Shown here: positions 1-8,126 of the stretch, in pieces | Position numbering within the stretch: position 1 is the first letter of the stretch | How the letters are laid out: the number at the start of each line of letters is the position of its first letter | IMG/VR virus record: IMGVR_UViG_3300020264_000005 | Span: 30,961-94,960 of that record | Reading direction: 5' to 3' (one strand) | Source: a virus | Taxonomy: Duplodnaviria > Caudoviricetes | DNA: 64,000 nt | The notes under the pieces: model-generated | Told to the model about the DNA's origin: nothing | The model's database searches: none | Seen by the model: the letters and a program-made list of their open reading frames with translations, nothing else | Translations under genes and position numbers: made by a program

Positions 1-58
1 AGAGTAACACCTGTCACCAACGGTACAAGGAAAAGCGTCGTTGGGTGGTGTGTGGGCA

Positions 59-113
59 GACAGTTCGCGTAGTGTCCACAATTGTGGCACAGCACCCCCA
101 AACCGTGTATATT
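59..113 (+). promoter_or_regulatory. Early promoter cassette copy 1 (imperfect inverted repeat + -10 box)
   Basis: GACAGTT-CGCG-TAGTGTCCACA at 59-80 and TATATT at 108-113; same geometry as 10 other copies. Confidence 0.75.
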
Positions 114-136
114 AAGAGAGTCAAAGCAAGGCACCC

Positions 137-373
137 ATGCAACTCTTCACTTCCGCCACCAAGATCGACTACTATCCTGTCGGCACTGGCAAGCGTTTCG
201 TTAAGAAAGTCGTCTGGCATCCTGGCTCTGAGTCTGAGATGGTCTTCTTCTCCACTAAAGTCAAAACTGAGATGAAGTACGAAGTTGAGAACTACATTGC
301 CAACGGTGCTGTAGTTACTGCCATCAACACTGAAGAGTATCAGGGCAAGGATTACTCTCCCGCTGCCTGCTGA
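137..373 (+). CDS. hypothetical early protein
   Basis: 78-aa ORF directly after the promoter cassette; phage-like codon usage. Confidence 0.75.
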   Translation: MQLFTSATKIDYYPVGTGKRFVKKVVWHPGSESEMVFFSTKVKTEMKYEVENYIANGAVVTAINTEEYQGKDYSPAAC

Positions 374-456
374 TCACACGTGGCTGCACAGGACTGGGAG
401 ACTGGTTCACAGCGTAAGACCACACCCCCTACAAACACATTCATCGAGGATTACCC

Positions 457-1143
457 ATGGATCTTAACACTTTCAAGCAACAGTATGCCACGATCAAAGC
501 ACGTGGTTACATCAAAACCCATCGCAAAGGTAACACTGGCGTTGGTCACTCTCTCGAACAAGAACTAGGATTGACAGAGAACTGTATCTCTGGTCCTGAT
601 CTTGAAGGATATGAACTGAAAGCAGCACGTAAAGGTGCTGGTGGTAAGCAAACACTGTTCACCAAAGAGGGTGATTGGGTAGTACCCCAAAGAGATTATA
701 TTGAAACGTATGGTTTCCCTCACACCACAAAGCAAGGTGAGTTGAGTGGACAATCTACTGTAACTAAAACTGTCAACAAGCGTGGTCTCCAGATTGTTAC
801 CACTGATGACTATTGTGCTGTGTGTCATGGCAACGTTGTCATCGTTATGTGGGACTGGGACACTCTGTTGAACGTGTTCGCAAACAAGTTCCCTGCATGT
901 GTGAAGGTATTTGCTGATGTTGAGAAGCGTGATGGTGTGGAATACTTCCACTACAATGAAGCATACCGTCTCATCAGCACTGATAAGAACCTGTTCCGCA
1001 CTGCAATAGAGAACGATGTGATCGCTATTGACATTCGTATGCGTACACAGAAGAAAATTGGCAAATCTATTCGTAATCGTGGTACTGCATTCCGCATGAA
1101 TCATGGTAGAATGGAAGAACTATTCATTAAAGAGGAACTTTGA
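457..1143 (+). CDS. MvaI/BcnI-family restriction endonuclease
   Basis: GNTGVGHSLEQELGLTEN...PDLEGYELKA and C-terminal RNRGTAFR motifs typical of the family; GAGG SD upstream; coupled to a methyltransferase. Confidence 0.8.
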   Translation: MDLNTFKQQYATIKARGYIKTHRKGNTGVGHSLEQELGLTENCISGPDLEGYELKAARKGAGGKQTLFTKEGDWVVPQRDYIETYGFPHTTKQGELSGQSTVTKTVNKRGLQIVTTDDYCAVCHGNVVIVMWDWDTLLNVFANKFPACVKVFADVEKRDGVEYFHYNEAYRLISTDKNLFRTAIENDVIAIDIRMRTQKKIGKSIRNRGTAFRMNHGRMEELFIKEEL

Positions 1144-2030
1144 AGGACACTATTCTGTATGGAGACTGTAGAGAGACGCTGCAACAGTTCGCAGCGTCTG
1201 GTGTACGCGCTCGTATGTGTGTGACATCACCACCATACTACGGTCTCCGTGATTATGGCAATGAAGATGCTCAGATTGGTCTGGAAGAGTCACCCGAAGA
1301 GTTCATTCAACAATTAGTTGAAGTGTTTCGTGGAGTGCGCGATTGTCTCACTGATGATGGCACACTCTGGGTGAACATTGGTGATAGTTATTACAACTAT
1401 CGATCTGGCAAGGGTCAGGCGCTGCCCAAGCAGTCTATGGCATCCAGCAATCAAGATCTGCCACAAATACGTAATCCACGTCGTGGCAACAAACTTAAGG
1501 GTCTTAAGGATAAAGATCTCATTGGTATTCCGTGGATGCTAGCATTTGCATTACGTGCTGATGGTTGGTATCTACGTCAGGATATTATTTGGAACAAACC
1601 AAATCCTATGCCTGAGAGTATGAAGGATCGCTGTACCAAATCACATGAGTATGTCTTCCTCTTGAGTAAGAACCCACGATACTATTTTGACGTGGAGTCT
1701 ATCAAAGAACCAACAGTTGATGGTTCTAAGATGAAGAGAAAGAAGAGTGTGTGGACAGTACAACCAAAACCATACAAGGGAGCACACTGTGCAGTGTATC
1801 CACGTGAATTGATTGAACCTGCCATCCTAGCAGGCAGTCAAGAGGGTGACATCATCCTTGATCCTTTCATGGGCAGTGGCACGACAGCAGCAGTTGCAAA
1901 ATCGATGCAGAGGCACTATATTGGGTGTGAATTGCATCAGGACTATGCTGATCTGATTCACAAGCGGTTGGAAGAACTCCCTGAGACCCCTCCAGCAGCG
2001 TCCACAAGCGTCCTCAACCACTTATCATGA
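1140..2030 (+). CDS. DNA amino-methyltransferase, beta class (probably N4-cytosine; M.SmaI/M.Cfr9I-like)
   Basis: Motif IV TSPPY precedes motif I DPFMGSGTT; LIGIPWMLAFAL..DGWYLRQDIIWNKPNPMPES; TTG start overlaps the endonuclease stop. Confidence 0.9.
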   Translation: MKDTILYGDCRETLQQFAASGVRARMCVTSPPYYGLRDYGNEDAQIGLEESPEEFIQQLVEVFRGVRDCLTDDGTLWVNIGDSYYNYRSGKGQALPKQSMASSNQDLPQIRNPRRGNKLKGLKDKDLIGIPWMLAFALRADGWYLRQDIIWNKPNPMPESMKDRCTKSHEYVFLLSKNPRYYFDVESIKEPTVDGSKMKRKKSVWTVQPKPYKGAHCAVYPRELIEPAILAGSQEGDIILDPFMGSGTTAAVAKSMQRHYIGCELHQDYADLIHKRLEELPETPPAASTSVLNHLS

Positions 2031-2212
2031 CTGAGACTACCAACGTACCACTAACCACCTCACAGATCCGTTTTCTGATGGACGTGCTGATGGGAGCATC
2101 ATTGGGCATCACCAAACTCCATGCTATACAGAATAATGTCAACGACAGTGAGGTGTACAACCAGTTAGCAAGGTGTCTACCCAACCCACCAGACCCTACA
2201 GAGGACTGGTAA
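2027..2212 (+). CDS. hypothetical protein
   Basis: ATGA overlap with the methyltransferase stop. Confidence 0.6.
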   Translation: MTETTNVPLTTSQIRFLMDVLMGASLGITKLHAIQNNVNDSEVYNQLARCLPNPPDPTEDW

Positions 2213-2238
2213 GATTACAAAGTAATCGAGAGACACCC

Positions 2239-2397
2239 ATGACCACGATCTATCGGATCTCTGCCATCACTCCCGAAGAGGGTAACCACTGCTATGAGGT
2301 GCTGGATGAGCAAGAGGCACGTAAGATCCACTCTGATCTGATGCAGCGTCAACTCAACGGTGACGGCACCCACTCTGTTAAAGTTCGCACAGTTTGA
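2239..2397 (+). CDS. hypothetical protein (MTTIYRIS...)
   Basis: ATG 2239 after GAGAGACACCC leader, within track ORF 2173..2397. Confidence 0.6.
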   Translation: MTTIYRISAITPEEGNHCYEVLDEQEARKIHSDLMQRQLNGDGTHSVKVRTV

Positions 2398-2399
2398 TT

Positions 2400-2573
2400 A
2401 TGTTCACTAAAGAAGACAACGATTTCCTTGACTTTCTCTTCAGCAAACTCACTACACATGTAGACATGGAAGAGATTGATCTCCACGATGATGACACATG
2501 CTGTGATCATCTTGAACTCAAAGCGGCAGAACTTGAAATGACTGTCGATGAAATGCTCCACGCTGACCTCTGA
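2400..2573 (+). CDS. hypothetical acidic protein, 57 aa (MFTKEDNDFLDFLF...)
   Basis: Manually translated ORF filling the gap between + strand genes. Confidence 0.6.
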   Translation: MFTKEDNDFLDFLFSKLTTHVDMEEIDLHDDDTCCDHLELKAAELEMTVDEMLHADL

Positions 2574-2586
2574 TTTAACTAAAACA

Positions 2587-2718
2587 ATGAATGAAGTAAT
2601 GCTCGACCGCTGGTTGCTCGAACAACTGGATGCCATGGATGATGACATGGTAAGGCAGATTGAGAAGGACATGCCAACCGAGGAACTGTCACAGGAGGCA
2701 TTGGAACTGCTCCCATAA
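2587..2718 (+). CDS. hypothetical acidic protein, 43 aa (MNEVMLDRWLLEQ...)
   Basis: Manually translated; tightly packed. Confidence 0.5.
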   Translation: MNEVMLDRWLLEQLDAMDDDMVRQIEKDMPTEELSQEALELLP

Positions 2719-2728
2719 GCCCTATACT
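2671..2728 (+). promoter_or_regulatory. Early promoter cassette copy 2
   Basis: ATGCCAACC-GAGG-AACTGTCACA at 2671-2693; TATACT at 2723-2728. Confidence 0.7.
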
Positions 2729-2754
2729 ATGTTCATCAGCAAGGGACACCACCC

Positions 2755-3006
2755 ATGACCACCACCATCGTCAAGCACTCCTTCTACAAGATCGAGATCG
2801 ACACCGTGGATGCTCCACAGCAACCCATCGTGTACTTCCGTAAGGAAGGCAAGTGCAAGACTGCCAAGGGCATGGATCGTCAGCACAACCGCATCGTGAA
2901 CGAGACTGTAGAGGCATGGCGTCCATTCTCCCAGCAGATCCGCCGCTACACCATCTCACGTGTGCCAGCTGACGTAGTGGTACGTGGGGACATCCGCAAG
3001 GCATGA
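2755..3006 (+). CDS. hypothetical early protein
   Basis: 83-aa ORF after cassette 2. Confidence 0.75.
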   Translation: MTTTIVKHSFYKIEIDTVDAPQQPIVYFRKEGKCKTAKGMDRQHNRIVNETVEAWRPFSQQIRRYTISRVPADVVVRGDIRKA

Positions 3007-3019
3007 TCCTTGCTATACT
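2961..3019 (+). promoter_or_regulatory. Early promoter cassette copy 3
   Basis: TGTGCCAGCT-GACG-TAGTGGTAC at 2961-2983; TATACT at 3014-3019. Confidence 0.75.
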
Positions 3020-3041
3020 AAGTTCATCAACACAAGACACC

Positions 3042-3503
3042 ATGACCACCGCCACCTTCTCTGAATTCTGTGCCACTGCTGAAGCACGTGAGCAAATCGC
3101 TGCTAATGCTCTCAAGTATACTCAAATGCTCTGTGAAGCACTAGAGCAAGACTTTGTTGAGACTAGCATCAAACGTGCTCAGTTCCTGATGCCTAGCAGT
3201 GACAATCCCAAATACTGGGAAGAGCGCATTGCTGAGTACAAAGCAGGCAAAGATGTGTACAAGTTCAGCATTGTGACTGGACGTAAGTATCACAAGATTG
3301 TTCAGACATGCTCTGATGGTAGTAAGTCTGTCCACGCATTTGTTGACAAGAACACTGGTGAACTGTACAAGGCAGCGTCTTGGAAAGCACCTGCTAAGGA
3401 TGTTCGTTTCGATCTCCGTATCATCAAAGAGCGTGAGTTTGTTCTGGAGAACTGTGACTGGGCAGGCGGTTATCTCTACAAGAATGCATATTACGAGGGT
3501 TGA
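3042..3503 (+). CDS. conserved cyanophage hypothetical protein
   Basis: GRKYHKIV..SVHAFVDKNTGELYKAASWKAPAK motif; start moved to ATG 3042, downstream of the promoter. Confidence 0.8.
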   Translation: MTTATFSEFCATAEAREQIAANALKYTQMLCEALEQDFVETSIKRAQFLMPSSDNPKYWEERIAEYKAGKDVYKFSIVTGRKYHKIVQTCSDGSKSVHAFVDKNTGELYKAASWKAPAKDVRFDLRIIKEREFVLENCDWAGGYLYKNAYYEG

Positions 3504-3528
3504 CACCCTGCCCCATACATAGTACACT
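3500..3528 (+). promoter_or_regulatory. Canonical sigma70-type promoter
   Basis: TTGACA-N17-TACACT. Confidence 0.75.
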
Positions 3529-3554
3529 ATAGTTTCACGCTTCTCTTCTCAATC

Positions 3555-3785
3555 ATGACTGCTCCAACTTTCTATATCGTTGCTGATGGCAATGCGTATG
3601 CGATGGATGATGATGGTTATATGTTCGGCGCACCAGTATTTGAAGATAACACAGTAGACTGGGAATGTTCTTACGAGTTCACTCCTGACGAAGAAGATGT
3701 AGAGTATGTTGCACATATGTGTAAGATGCTCCAAGATGTAAAAGCACTCACCACTGAACACACCCAAGAGGTATTCATCAAATGA
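3555..3785 (+). CDS. hypothetical protein
   Basis: First ORF after the sigma70 promoter. Confidence 0.75.
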   Translation: MTAPTFYIVADGNAYAMDDDGYMFGAPVFEDNTVDWECSYEFTPDEEDVEYVAHMCKMLQDVKALTTEHTQEVFIK

Positions 3786-4030
3786 ACATGCTTCAAGAGC
3801 ATATCCGCGAGTACATCAATCCATTCCCTAATAGATACACTCGTGGAGATTGGGAAGTGCGCGTCTTGCCGCACGAAGATTTAGATGATGAGGGTATTGA
3901 GAAGTATTGGCGCATGTTCAAGAAGTTTCCTAACGACTTCGCGGCAGCAGCAGTATCTCTCCTCCCTGATGATGTAGAATTCATCGAGTACGACCACCTT
4001 GCTAACGTTCTCTTCGCCAAAAAACTATGA
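3782..4030 (+). CDS. hypothetical protein
   Basis: ATGA-coupled on both sides. Confidence 0.75.
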   Translation: MNMLQEHIREYINPFPNRYTRGDWEVRVLPHEDLDDEGIEKYWRMFKKFPNDFAAAAVSLLPDDVEFIEYDHLANVLFAKKL

Positions 4031-4251
4031 GCAACTACAACTTCACCACCGATCCTGAAACTACTGAGCGTATCAGTGCTCAACGTGATGACATTTATGA
4101 GTGGGCAGTAGACCGTTTCCGTTATCATATGTCCAATGATGACATGGATAGCGCAATGGCACTTGCTGATGAGTTCTTTGAGTGGATGGATCCCAATCAA
4201 CTAGAGCAAGAAGACACATTGTTTAGTAACTATGACCAACTCAGAGAGTAA
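4027..4251 (+). CDS. hypothetical protein
   Basis: ATGA-coupled. Confidence 0.7.
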   Translation: MSNYNFTTDPETTERISAQRDDIYEWAVDRFRYHMSNDDMDSAMALADEFFEWMDPNQLEQEDTLFSNYDQLRE

Positions 4252-4393
4252 TTACGTAATCTCTGATGAGATGCGTGCTCTAATCATTGAATACATGACT
4301 GCATGTAACAATCAAGAGCACGCAAAAGCAGAGGGATTGCTACAACGAATCAAAGAACAAGGAGCAATTGATCATGAAGAACGTACTAATTAG
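4232..4393 (+). CDS. hypothetical protein, 53 aa (MTNSESNYVISDEMRAL...)
   Basis: Manually translated; fills gap. Confidence 0.5.
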   Translation: MTNSESNYVISDEMRALIIEYMTACNNQEHAKAEGLLQRIKEQGAIDHEERTN

Positions 4394-5048
4394 TATGTTG
4401 ATGGGTGCATCACTCACAACAGCAGGTATTGCACTTGCTGGTGAGGATAAGATCACCAAAGGTTATTACAGCATGGATGCCATGGGTTGTATGCTACTCA
4501 AAGAGTGTACAAAAGATGTAGAACGCATCTATTCATCTGGTGATCTTCGTGCAGCATATCCTGATGCAAATTGGGATGTAGTTGCTGATGAGTTTGACCA
4601 GATCATGGTTGCATTTGGACAGATTGGTGTACATGTACATCTTGCTGATGAACGATACTTCCCAGTATCACATCGTGGTGTGTACCATACTGTATCCAAT
4701 CATTTCTATCTCAATCGTGCATACATGTATCAACCACATGTATTGATGAGTGTTGTACGTCATGAAGGATGGCATGCTGCACAAGATTGTATGGCAGGCA
4801 CTATTGAAAATAGTATGATTGCCATCATCAAACCAGAGGAAGATGTGCCACCTATCTGGCAAGAGTTAGTCAAGCGCACATATCCAAAGGCAGCACAACC
4901 ATGGGAAGCAGAAGCGACATGGGCAGGAAAGACTGAGGACATGACCATGGAAGCACTAGAATCGTGTGCTAGGGGTACTATGTGGACAGATTATGATCCG
5001 ACCCCACTCACTCGTCAATGGTTAGAGGAGAATGGATACATCGAATAG
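4368..5048 (+). CDS. putative exported zinc-metallopeptidase-like protein
   Basis: N-terminal signal peptide (..GIALA/GE), HEGWH (HExxH) motif and downstream EAEA. Confidence 0.6.
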   Translation: MIMKNVLISMLMGASLTTAGIALAGEDKITKGYYSMDAMGCMLLKECTKDVERIYSSGDLRAAYPDANWDVVADEFDQIMVAFGQIGVHVHLADERYFPVSHRGVYHTVSNHFYLNRAYMYQPHVLMSVVRHEGWHAAQDCMAGTIENSMIAIIKPEEDVPPIWQELVKRTYPKAAQPWEAEATWAGKTEDMTMEALESCARGTMWTDYDPTPLTRQWLEENGYIE

Positions 5049-5202
5049 GCACATTGTTACAGTACAACAGTGTACTGATAGTGATGATATGTTCATTGAA
5101 ATCCCTGAGGAGATCACTACTGAACTAAACTGGAAAGATGGAGACACCATTGATTGGACACTTGATAATGATTGTATAACTATTACCAAAGTCAATGATT
5201 AA
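5032..5202 (+). CDS. AbrB/MazE-like small DNA-binding protein, 56 aa
   Basis: Manual translation MDTSNRHIVTVQQ...MFIEIPEEITTELNWKDGDTIDWTL; GAGGAG SD. Confidence 0.6.
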   Translation: MDTSNRHIVTVQQCTDSDDMFIEIPEEITTELNWKDGDTIDWTLDNDCITITKVND

Positions 5203-5482
5203 TTTCAACAACGATCCTAATGGCATCCAAATCACGTGGGACGAAAAAGACCCAATCGAAAGCGTCTTCAACGACTGGTCAGAAGACGACTTCATCAACG
5301 CAATCCGCAAAGACTGCTTCTACACTCTCCAAGAATGTGGAGAACTTGAGTTCTGGGATCCGCAAAGAATCAACAAAGAACTCGACAAAGAAGACTACGA
5401 CTACAACACCCGTCTCAAAGTCATCGCGCAAGAAGAAGCAGAAGGAAGAAGAAATAAAGGTAATGAACTCAAGGAAACTTGA
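5195..5482 (+). CDS. hypothetical acidic protein (overlaps the next ORF in another frame)
   Basis: 95-aa ORF with globular-looking sequence, starting 8 nt inside the upstream gene's end. Confidence 0.55.
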   Translation: MINFNNDPNGIQITWDEKDPIESVFNDWSEDDFINAIRKDCFYTLQECGELEFWDPQRINKELDKEDYDYNTRLKVIAQEEAEGRRNKGNELKET

Positions 5483-5630
5483 GTTATTCCCTCATCTTAA
5501 TACTTTCCCTTATCACTTACATGATCTAACAGAAGATAAGAAGTGCTGGTTTCAATGTGAAGAACATGCTGCTAAGTACATCCGTCGTTATAACTGTAAG
5601 TACAAACTCTATCACTACACAGGCAAATGA
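5220..5630 (+). CDS. hypothetical protein with basic low-complexity N-terminus (alternative start ATG 5463)
   Basis: C-terminal FPYHLHDLTEDKKCWFQCEEHAAKYIRRY domain resembles cyanophage hypotheticals. Confidence 0.6.
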   Translation: MASKSRGTKKTQSKASSTTGQKTTSSTQSAKTASTLSKNVENLSSGIRKESTKNSTKKTTTTTPVSKSSRKKKQKEEEIKVMNSRKLELFPHLNTFPYHLHDLTEDKKCWFQCEEHAAKYIRRYNCKYKLYHYTGK

Positions 5631-5758
5631 CAGAAGAAGTAAAAGAACTTCTAAACAAAGCAGCAGAACAACTCAATGGACAACTCTCCATCACCTCAAC
5701 CCTCAACAGTAGAGGAGAAGAAACCACACGTTACATCATTACCGTCGCCCATACCTAA
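5627..5758 (+). CDS. hypothetical protein, 43 aa (MTEEVKELLNKAAEQLNGQ...)
   Basis: ATGA-coupled to the previous stop. Confidence 0.5.
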   Translation: MTEEVKELLNKAAEQLNGQLSITSTLNSRGEETTRYIITVAHT

Positions 5759-5867
5759 TATCCTGTCACTAGTAGTATTATTCATACTAACACTACTAAC
5801 AATATACGCAGGATACGTACATGGCAACATGCATCTCCTCACGACATTGAAGAATGCAAGATCGTAA
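5676..5867 (+). CDS. small membrane protein
   Basis: One hydrophobic helix ILSLVVLFILTLLTIYAGY. Confidence 0.55.
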   Translation: MDNSPSPQPSTVEEKKPHVTSLPSPIPNILSLVVLFILTLLTIYAGYVHGNMHLLTTLKNARS

Positions 5868-6063
5868 TTTCTACACTCATGGTGGACTGCTCCCTATACA
5901 ATCAGTTAACATACTTCGCCTAATCAGTGAACTAGAAGGATCGTATCAACTACTCAAGTATCATGCATTTGATGATGACATGAATACTATTGATGAGATG
6001 AAGAAACGATACTACAAACTATACTTCAAGACAGCAAAGCAAGAACGTGAAAACCTTCACTGA
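5854..6063 (+). CDS. conserved cyanophage hypothetical protein
   Basis: VNILRLISELEGSYQLLKY motif. Confidence 0.7.
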   Translation: MQDRNFYTHGGLLPIQSVNILRLISELEGSYQLLKYHAFDDDMNTIDEMKKRYYKLYFKTAKQERENLH

Positions 6064-6268
6064 AACATCCACCCTACCATATGATAGACATTTCTATCAA
6101 GTTAAACTACCTAACCACCATGAATACGCATTCAACTCATACGAAGAACTTAAACACTGGTGGTGGACTACTAACCCTAAAGGAGCAGTAGTAGATGTCA
6201 TCGATCACGCCTCTTTTCACAACTCTACTACAAACACTAAACTATCCTCCCCCAAAGGATTTGCTTGA
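6047..6268 (+). CDS. conserved cyanophage hypothetical protein
   Basis: PYDRHFY...YEELKHWWW...PKGF. Confidence 0.7.
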   Translation: MKTFTETSTLPYDRHFYQVKLPNHHEYAFNSYEELKHWWWTTNPKGAVVDVIDHASFHNSTTNTKLSSPKGFA

Positions 6269-6761
6269 TTATGTACATGAACTAAACCCACTACTATCAG
6301 TAGAACGTTCAAATAGATTAGGTTATCAATCAAAATCACATAAGATCACTCAATTAACACCTGTATTAGAATTCATCGACCAAAACGTATACACTAAAGA
6401 ACTACGTCATGGTGAAGCATGGGTAAATATCAACCCAACAGGTGCATACAATGTATCACACATACATCCTAACTCTGATTACACATTCGTATACTACCTA
6501 ACAGATGATAACTCAACCATCTATCTAACACACCCACACCTATACGAACAACATAATCATCTACTATCAGTACAACCAGAGGTAAGACAAACATACTCAT
6601 TAGAGCATTATCATACAATATCACCCAATAAAGGTGACATACTAGTCTTCCCATCATACGTACCACACCATGTAGAAAGCAACAACAAATACACAGATAG
6701 AATATCAATCTCATGGAATAGTGATAGCACACGTGTACCACGAGTTTGGAGGACTGTATAA
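6195..6761 (+). CDS. 2OG-Fe(II) oxygenase-like protein (TIGR02466-like)
   Basis: WVNINPTGAYNVSHIHPNS..VYYL, GDILVFPSYVPHHV, RISISWN. Confidence 0.8.
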   Translation: MSSITPLFTTLLQTLNYPPPKDLLDYVHELNPLLSVERSNRLGYQSKSHKITQLTPVLEFIDQNVYTKELRHGEAWVNINPTGAYNVSHIHPNSDYTFVYYLTDDNSTIYLTHPHLYEQHNHLLSVQPEVRQTYSLEHYHTISPNKGDILVFPSYVPHHVESNNKYTDRISISWNSDSTRVPRVWRTV

Positions 6762-6901
6762 CATACTACCGCGTCTGTCTATGACTACGTTCTTGAACCA
6801 TTCTCCCCCCTTGGTGAACATTTTAATTAATCATTAAAAAAATATACCTAGTACGCTGTGTAGTAGCTCTGAAGTATCTCTAAAGGCACTCCAGAGACGT
6901 T

Positions 6902-6930
6902 GGCTTAGCACCCCAGCACTCGAAAGTCAA
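6902..6930 (-). promoter_or_regulatory. Leftward sigma70-like promoter with no downstream minus-strand gene
   Basis: Minus strand reads TTGACT-N17-TAAGCC with extended -10 TG. Confidence 0.45.
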
Positions 6931-6937
6931 CAAAGCA

Positions 6938-6997
6938 TGTGCCAGACCTCAAAGTGGCACAGCGCCCCCTCCAAAACCCTCAGAATCGCGTTATACT
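6938..6997 (+). promoter_or_regulatory. Early promoter cassette copy 4
   Basis: TGTGCCAGAC-CTCA-AAGTGGCACA at 6938-6961; TATACT at 6992-6997. Confidence 0.8.
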
Positions 6998-7031
6998 ACA
7001 TTCATGGATTCAGAGGACTTCTCAAAATCCT

Positions 7032-7098
7032 AAAAAGTCAAAAAAACGACTTTTTTAAAAACTTAAAAAACTGAGAAAGTTTAATTTCTTAAGTTTTT
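7032..7098. repeat. Two adjacent A/T-tract inverted repeats
   Basis: AAAAAGTC(7032-39)/GACTTTTT(7048-55) and AAAAACTTAA(7057-66)/TTAAGTTTTT(7089-98). Confidence 0.8.
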
Positions 7099-7136
7099 GC
7101 TTTTTTTCCTTTTTAAAACTTCTTATTTAACTCCAA

Positions 7137-7382
7137 ATGTCTAAAATGTATGACAATTTGATCAGTTCAGCTATTAAAAGCATTAATATCGTTGATAATA
7201 GTGTTAAAGTAGTGTATAATAGTAATAAAGACAAAGAATATACATTTAACTGTAAAGAAATCGAAGAATTTGAACAAAACCTCTGTAAAGAGTTGATTTC
7301 AGTTGAAATGAAGACTGGAGGCAGTGTTGGTAAGTTTCTCCACAATCAAATTAAAGAGGGAGTTATTGTAGAATCTAAATAA
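7137..7382 (+). CDS. KTSC-like small protein
   Basis: SSAIKSI..VKVVY...YTF...SVGKFLHNQI resembles the KTSC pattern. Confidence 0.5.
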   Translation: MSKMYDNLISSAIKSINIVDNSVKVVYNSNKDKEYTFNCKEIEEFEQNLCKELISVEMKTGGSVGKFLHNQIKEGVIVESK

Positions 7383-7416
7383 TCGTTCATTAGTAGATAT
7401 TAATATCAAAGAGATC

Positions 7417-7575
7417 ATGGGCAAACGTTCATCGAATGATCGCAACAACAAGTACAATCAAATAGACGACGATTTTGAAGACTTTGGATACAATGTGAAG
7501 AATATTAGGAGGCAGACTAAAAAGAAGGTAACGAAATTCAAACGAGAAGTCAATGAGTATGATGACACTTATTGA
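7417..7575 (+). CDS. hypothetical charged protein, 52 aa (MGKRSSNDRNNKY...)
   Basis: Manual translation; follows CTAAATA late-promoter-like site near 7376. Confidence 0.55.
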   Translation: MGKRSSNDRNNKYNQIDDDFEDFGYNVKNIRRQTKKKVTKFKREVNEYDDTY

Positions 7576-7618
7576 ACTGTCCACATAATCCCCCATTCGT
7601 CCCGTTAGCGTGTATTGT
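7562..7618 (+). promoter_or_regulatory. Early promoter cassette copy 5
   Basis: ATGACACTT-ATTG-AACTGTCCACA; TATTGT at 7613-7618. Confidence 0.7.
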
Positions 7619-7641
7619 ATACACATTGACGGGATTTTTTC

Positions 7642-7806
7642 ATGTTCATGCACAGACTGCCCAACGGTAACATCATCATGCACGAAGGATTGCCCCGTGA
7701 ACTTGCTATCAAACGCATGGAAGATCATGAGCGTTGGTGTCAAGAACACAGGGAAGAATTAGAGCGTGATTCTCAACAGTTATTCGATGACATGTTCGGT
7801 GGATGA
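7642..7806 (+). CDS. hypothetical protein, 54 aa (MFMHRLPNGNIIMHEG...)
   Basis: Manual translation; follows cassette 5. Confidence 0.6.
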   Translation: MFMHRLPNGNIIMHEGLPRELAIKRMEDHERWCQEHREELERDSQQLFDDMFGG

Positions 7807-7849
7807 ACTGTCCACCATTTCCCCCATTGCACACCTCACCCCTTATAAT
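7793..7849 (+). promoter_or_regulatory. Early promoter cassette copy 6
   Basis: AACTGTCCAC at 7806-7815; TATAAT at 7844-7849. Confidence 0.7.
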
Positions 7850-7855
7850 AGAAGC

Positions 7856-8104
7856 ATGAACAATTTCACAGACTTCATTGACTACGTTTTCACATTTTAT
7901 GGAGACGGTGGTCTCTATGATCAAAAAAGGACTAAGGAACAAATTGCACTTGCCCTTGTCACTTATCTTGATGAGTGCAATGATCCCTGCATTGACATGG
8001 AATGGGGGCACGGTGACAGTCTAGACCGTGAGAGGGTGAGAGACTACATGAACGACATGTACGGACCAATCCCCGTAGTGGCACAACCAGGATTGAATTG
8101 CTGA
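7856..8104 (+). CDS. hypothetical early protein (probably leaderless)
   Basis: GDSLDRERVRD motif; ATG 6 nt after the -10 box. Confidence 0.75.
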   Translation: MNNFTDFIDYVFTFYGDGGLYDQKRTKEQIALALVTYLDECNDPCIDMEWGHGDSLDRERVRDYMNDMYGPIPVVAQPGLNC

Positions 8105-8120
8105 CCTGATCCTGTATTGT
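8062..8120 (+). promoter_or_regulatory. Early promoter cassette copy 7
   Basis: GGACCAAT-CCCCG-TAGTGGCACA; TATTGT at 8115-8120. Confidence 0.7.
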
Positions 8121-8126
8121 ATACAC

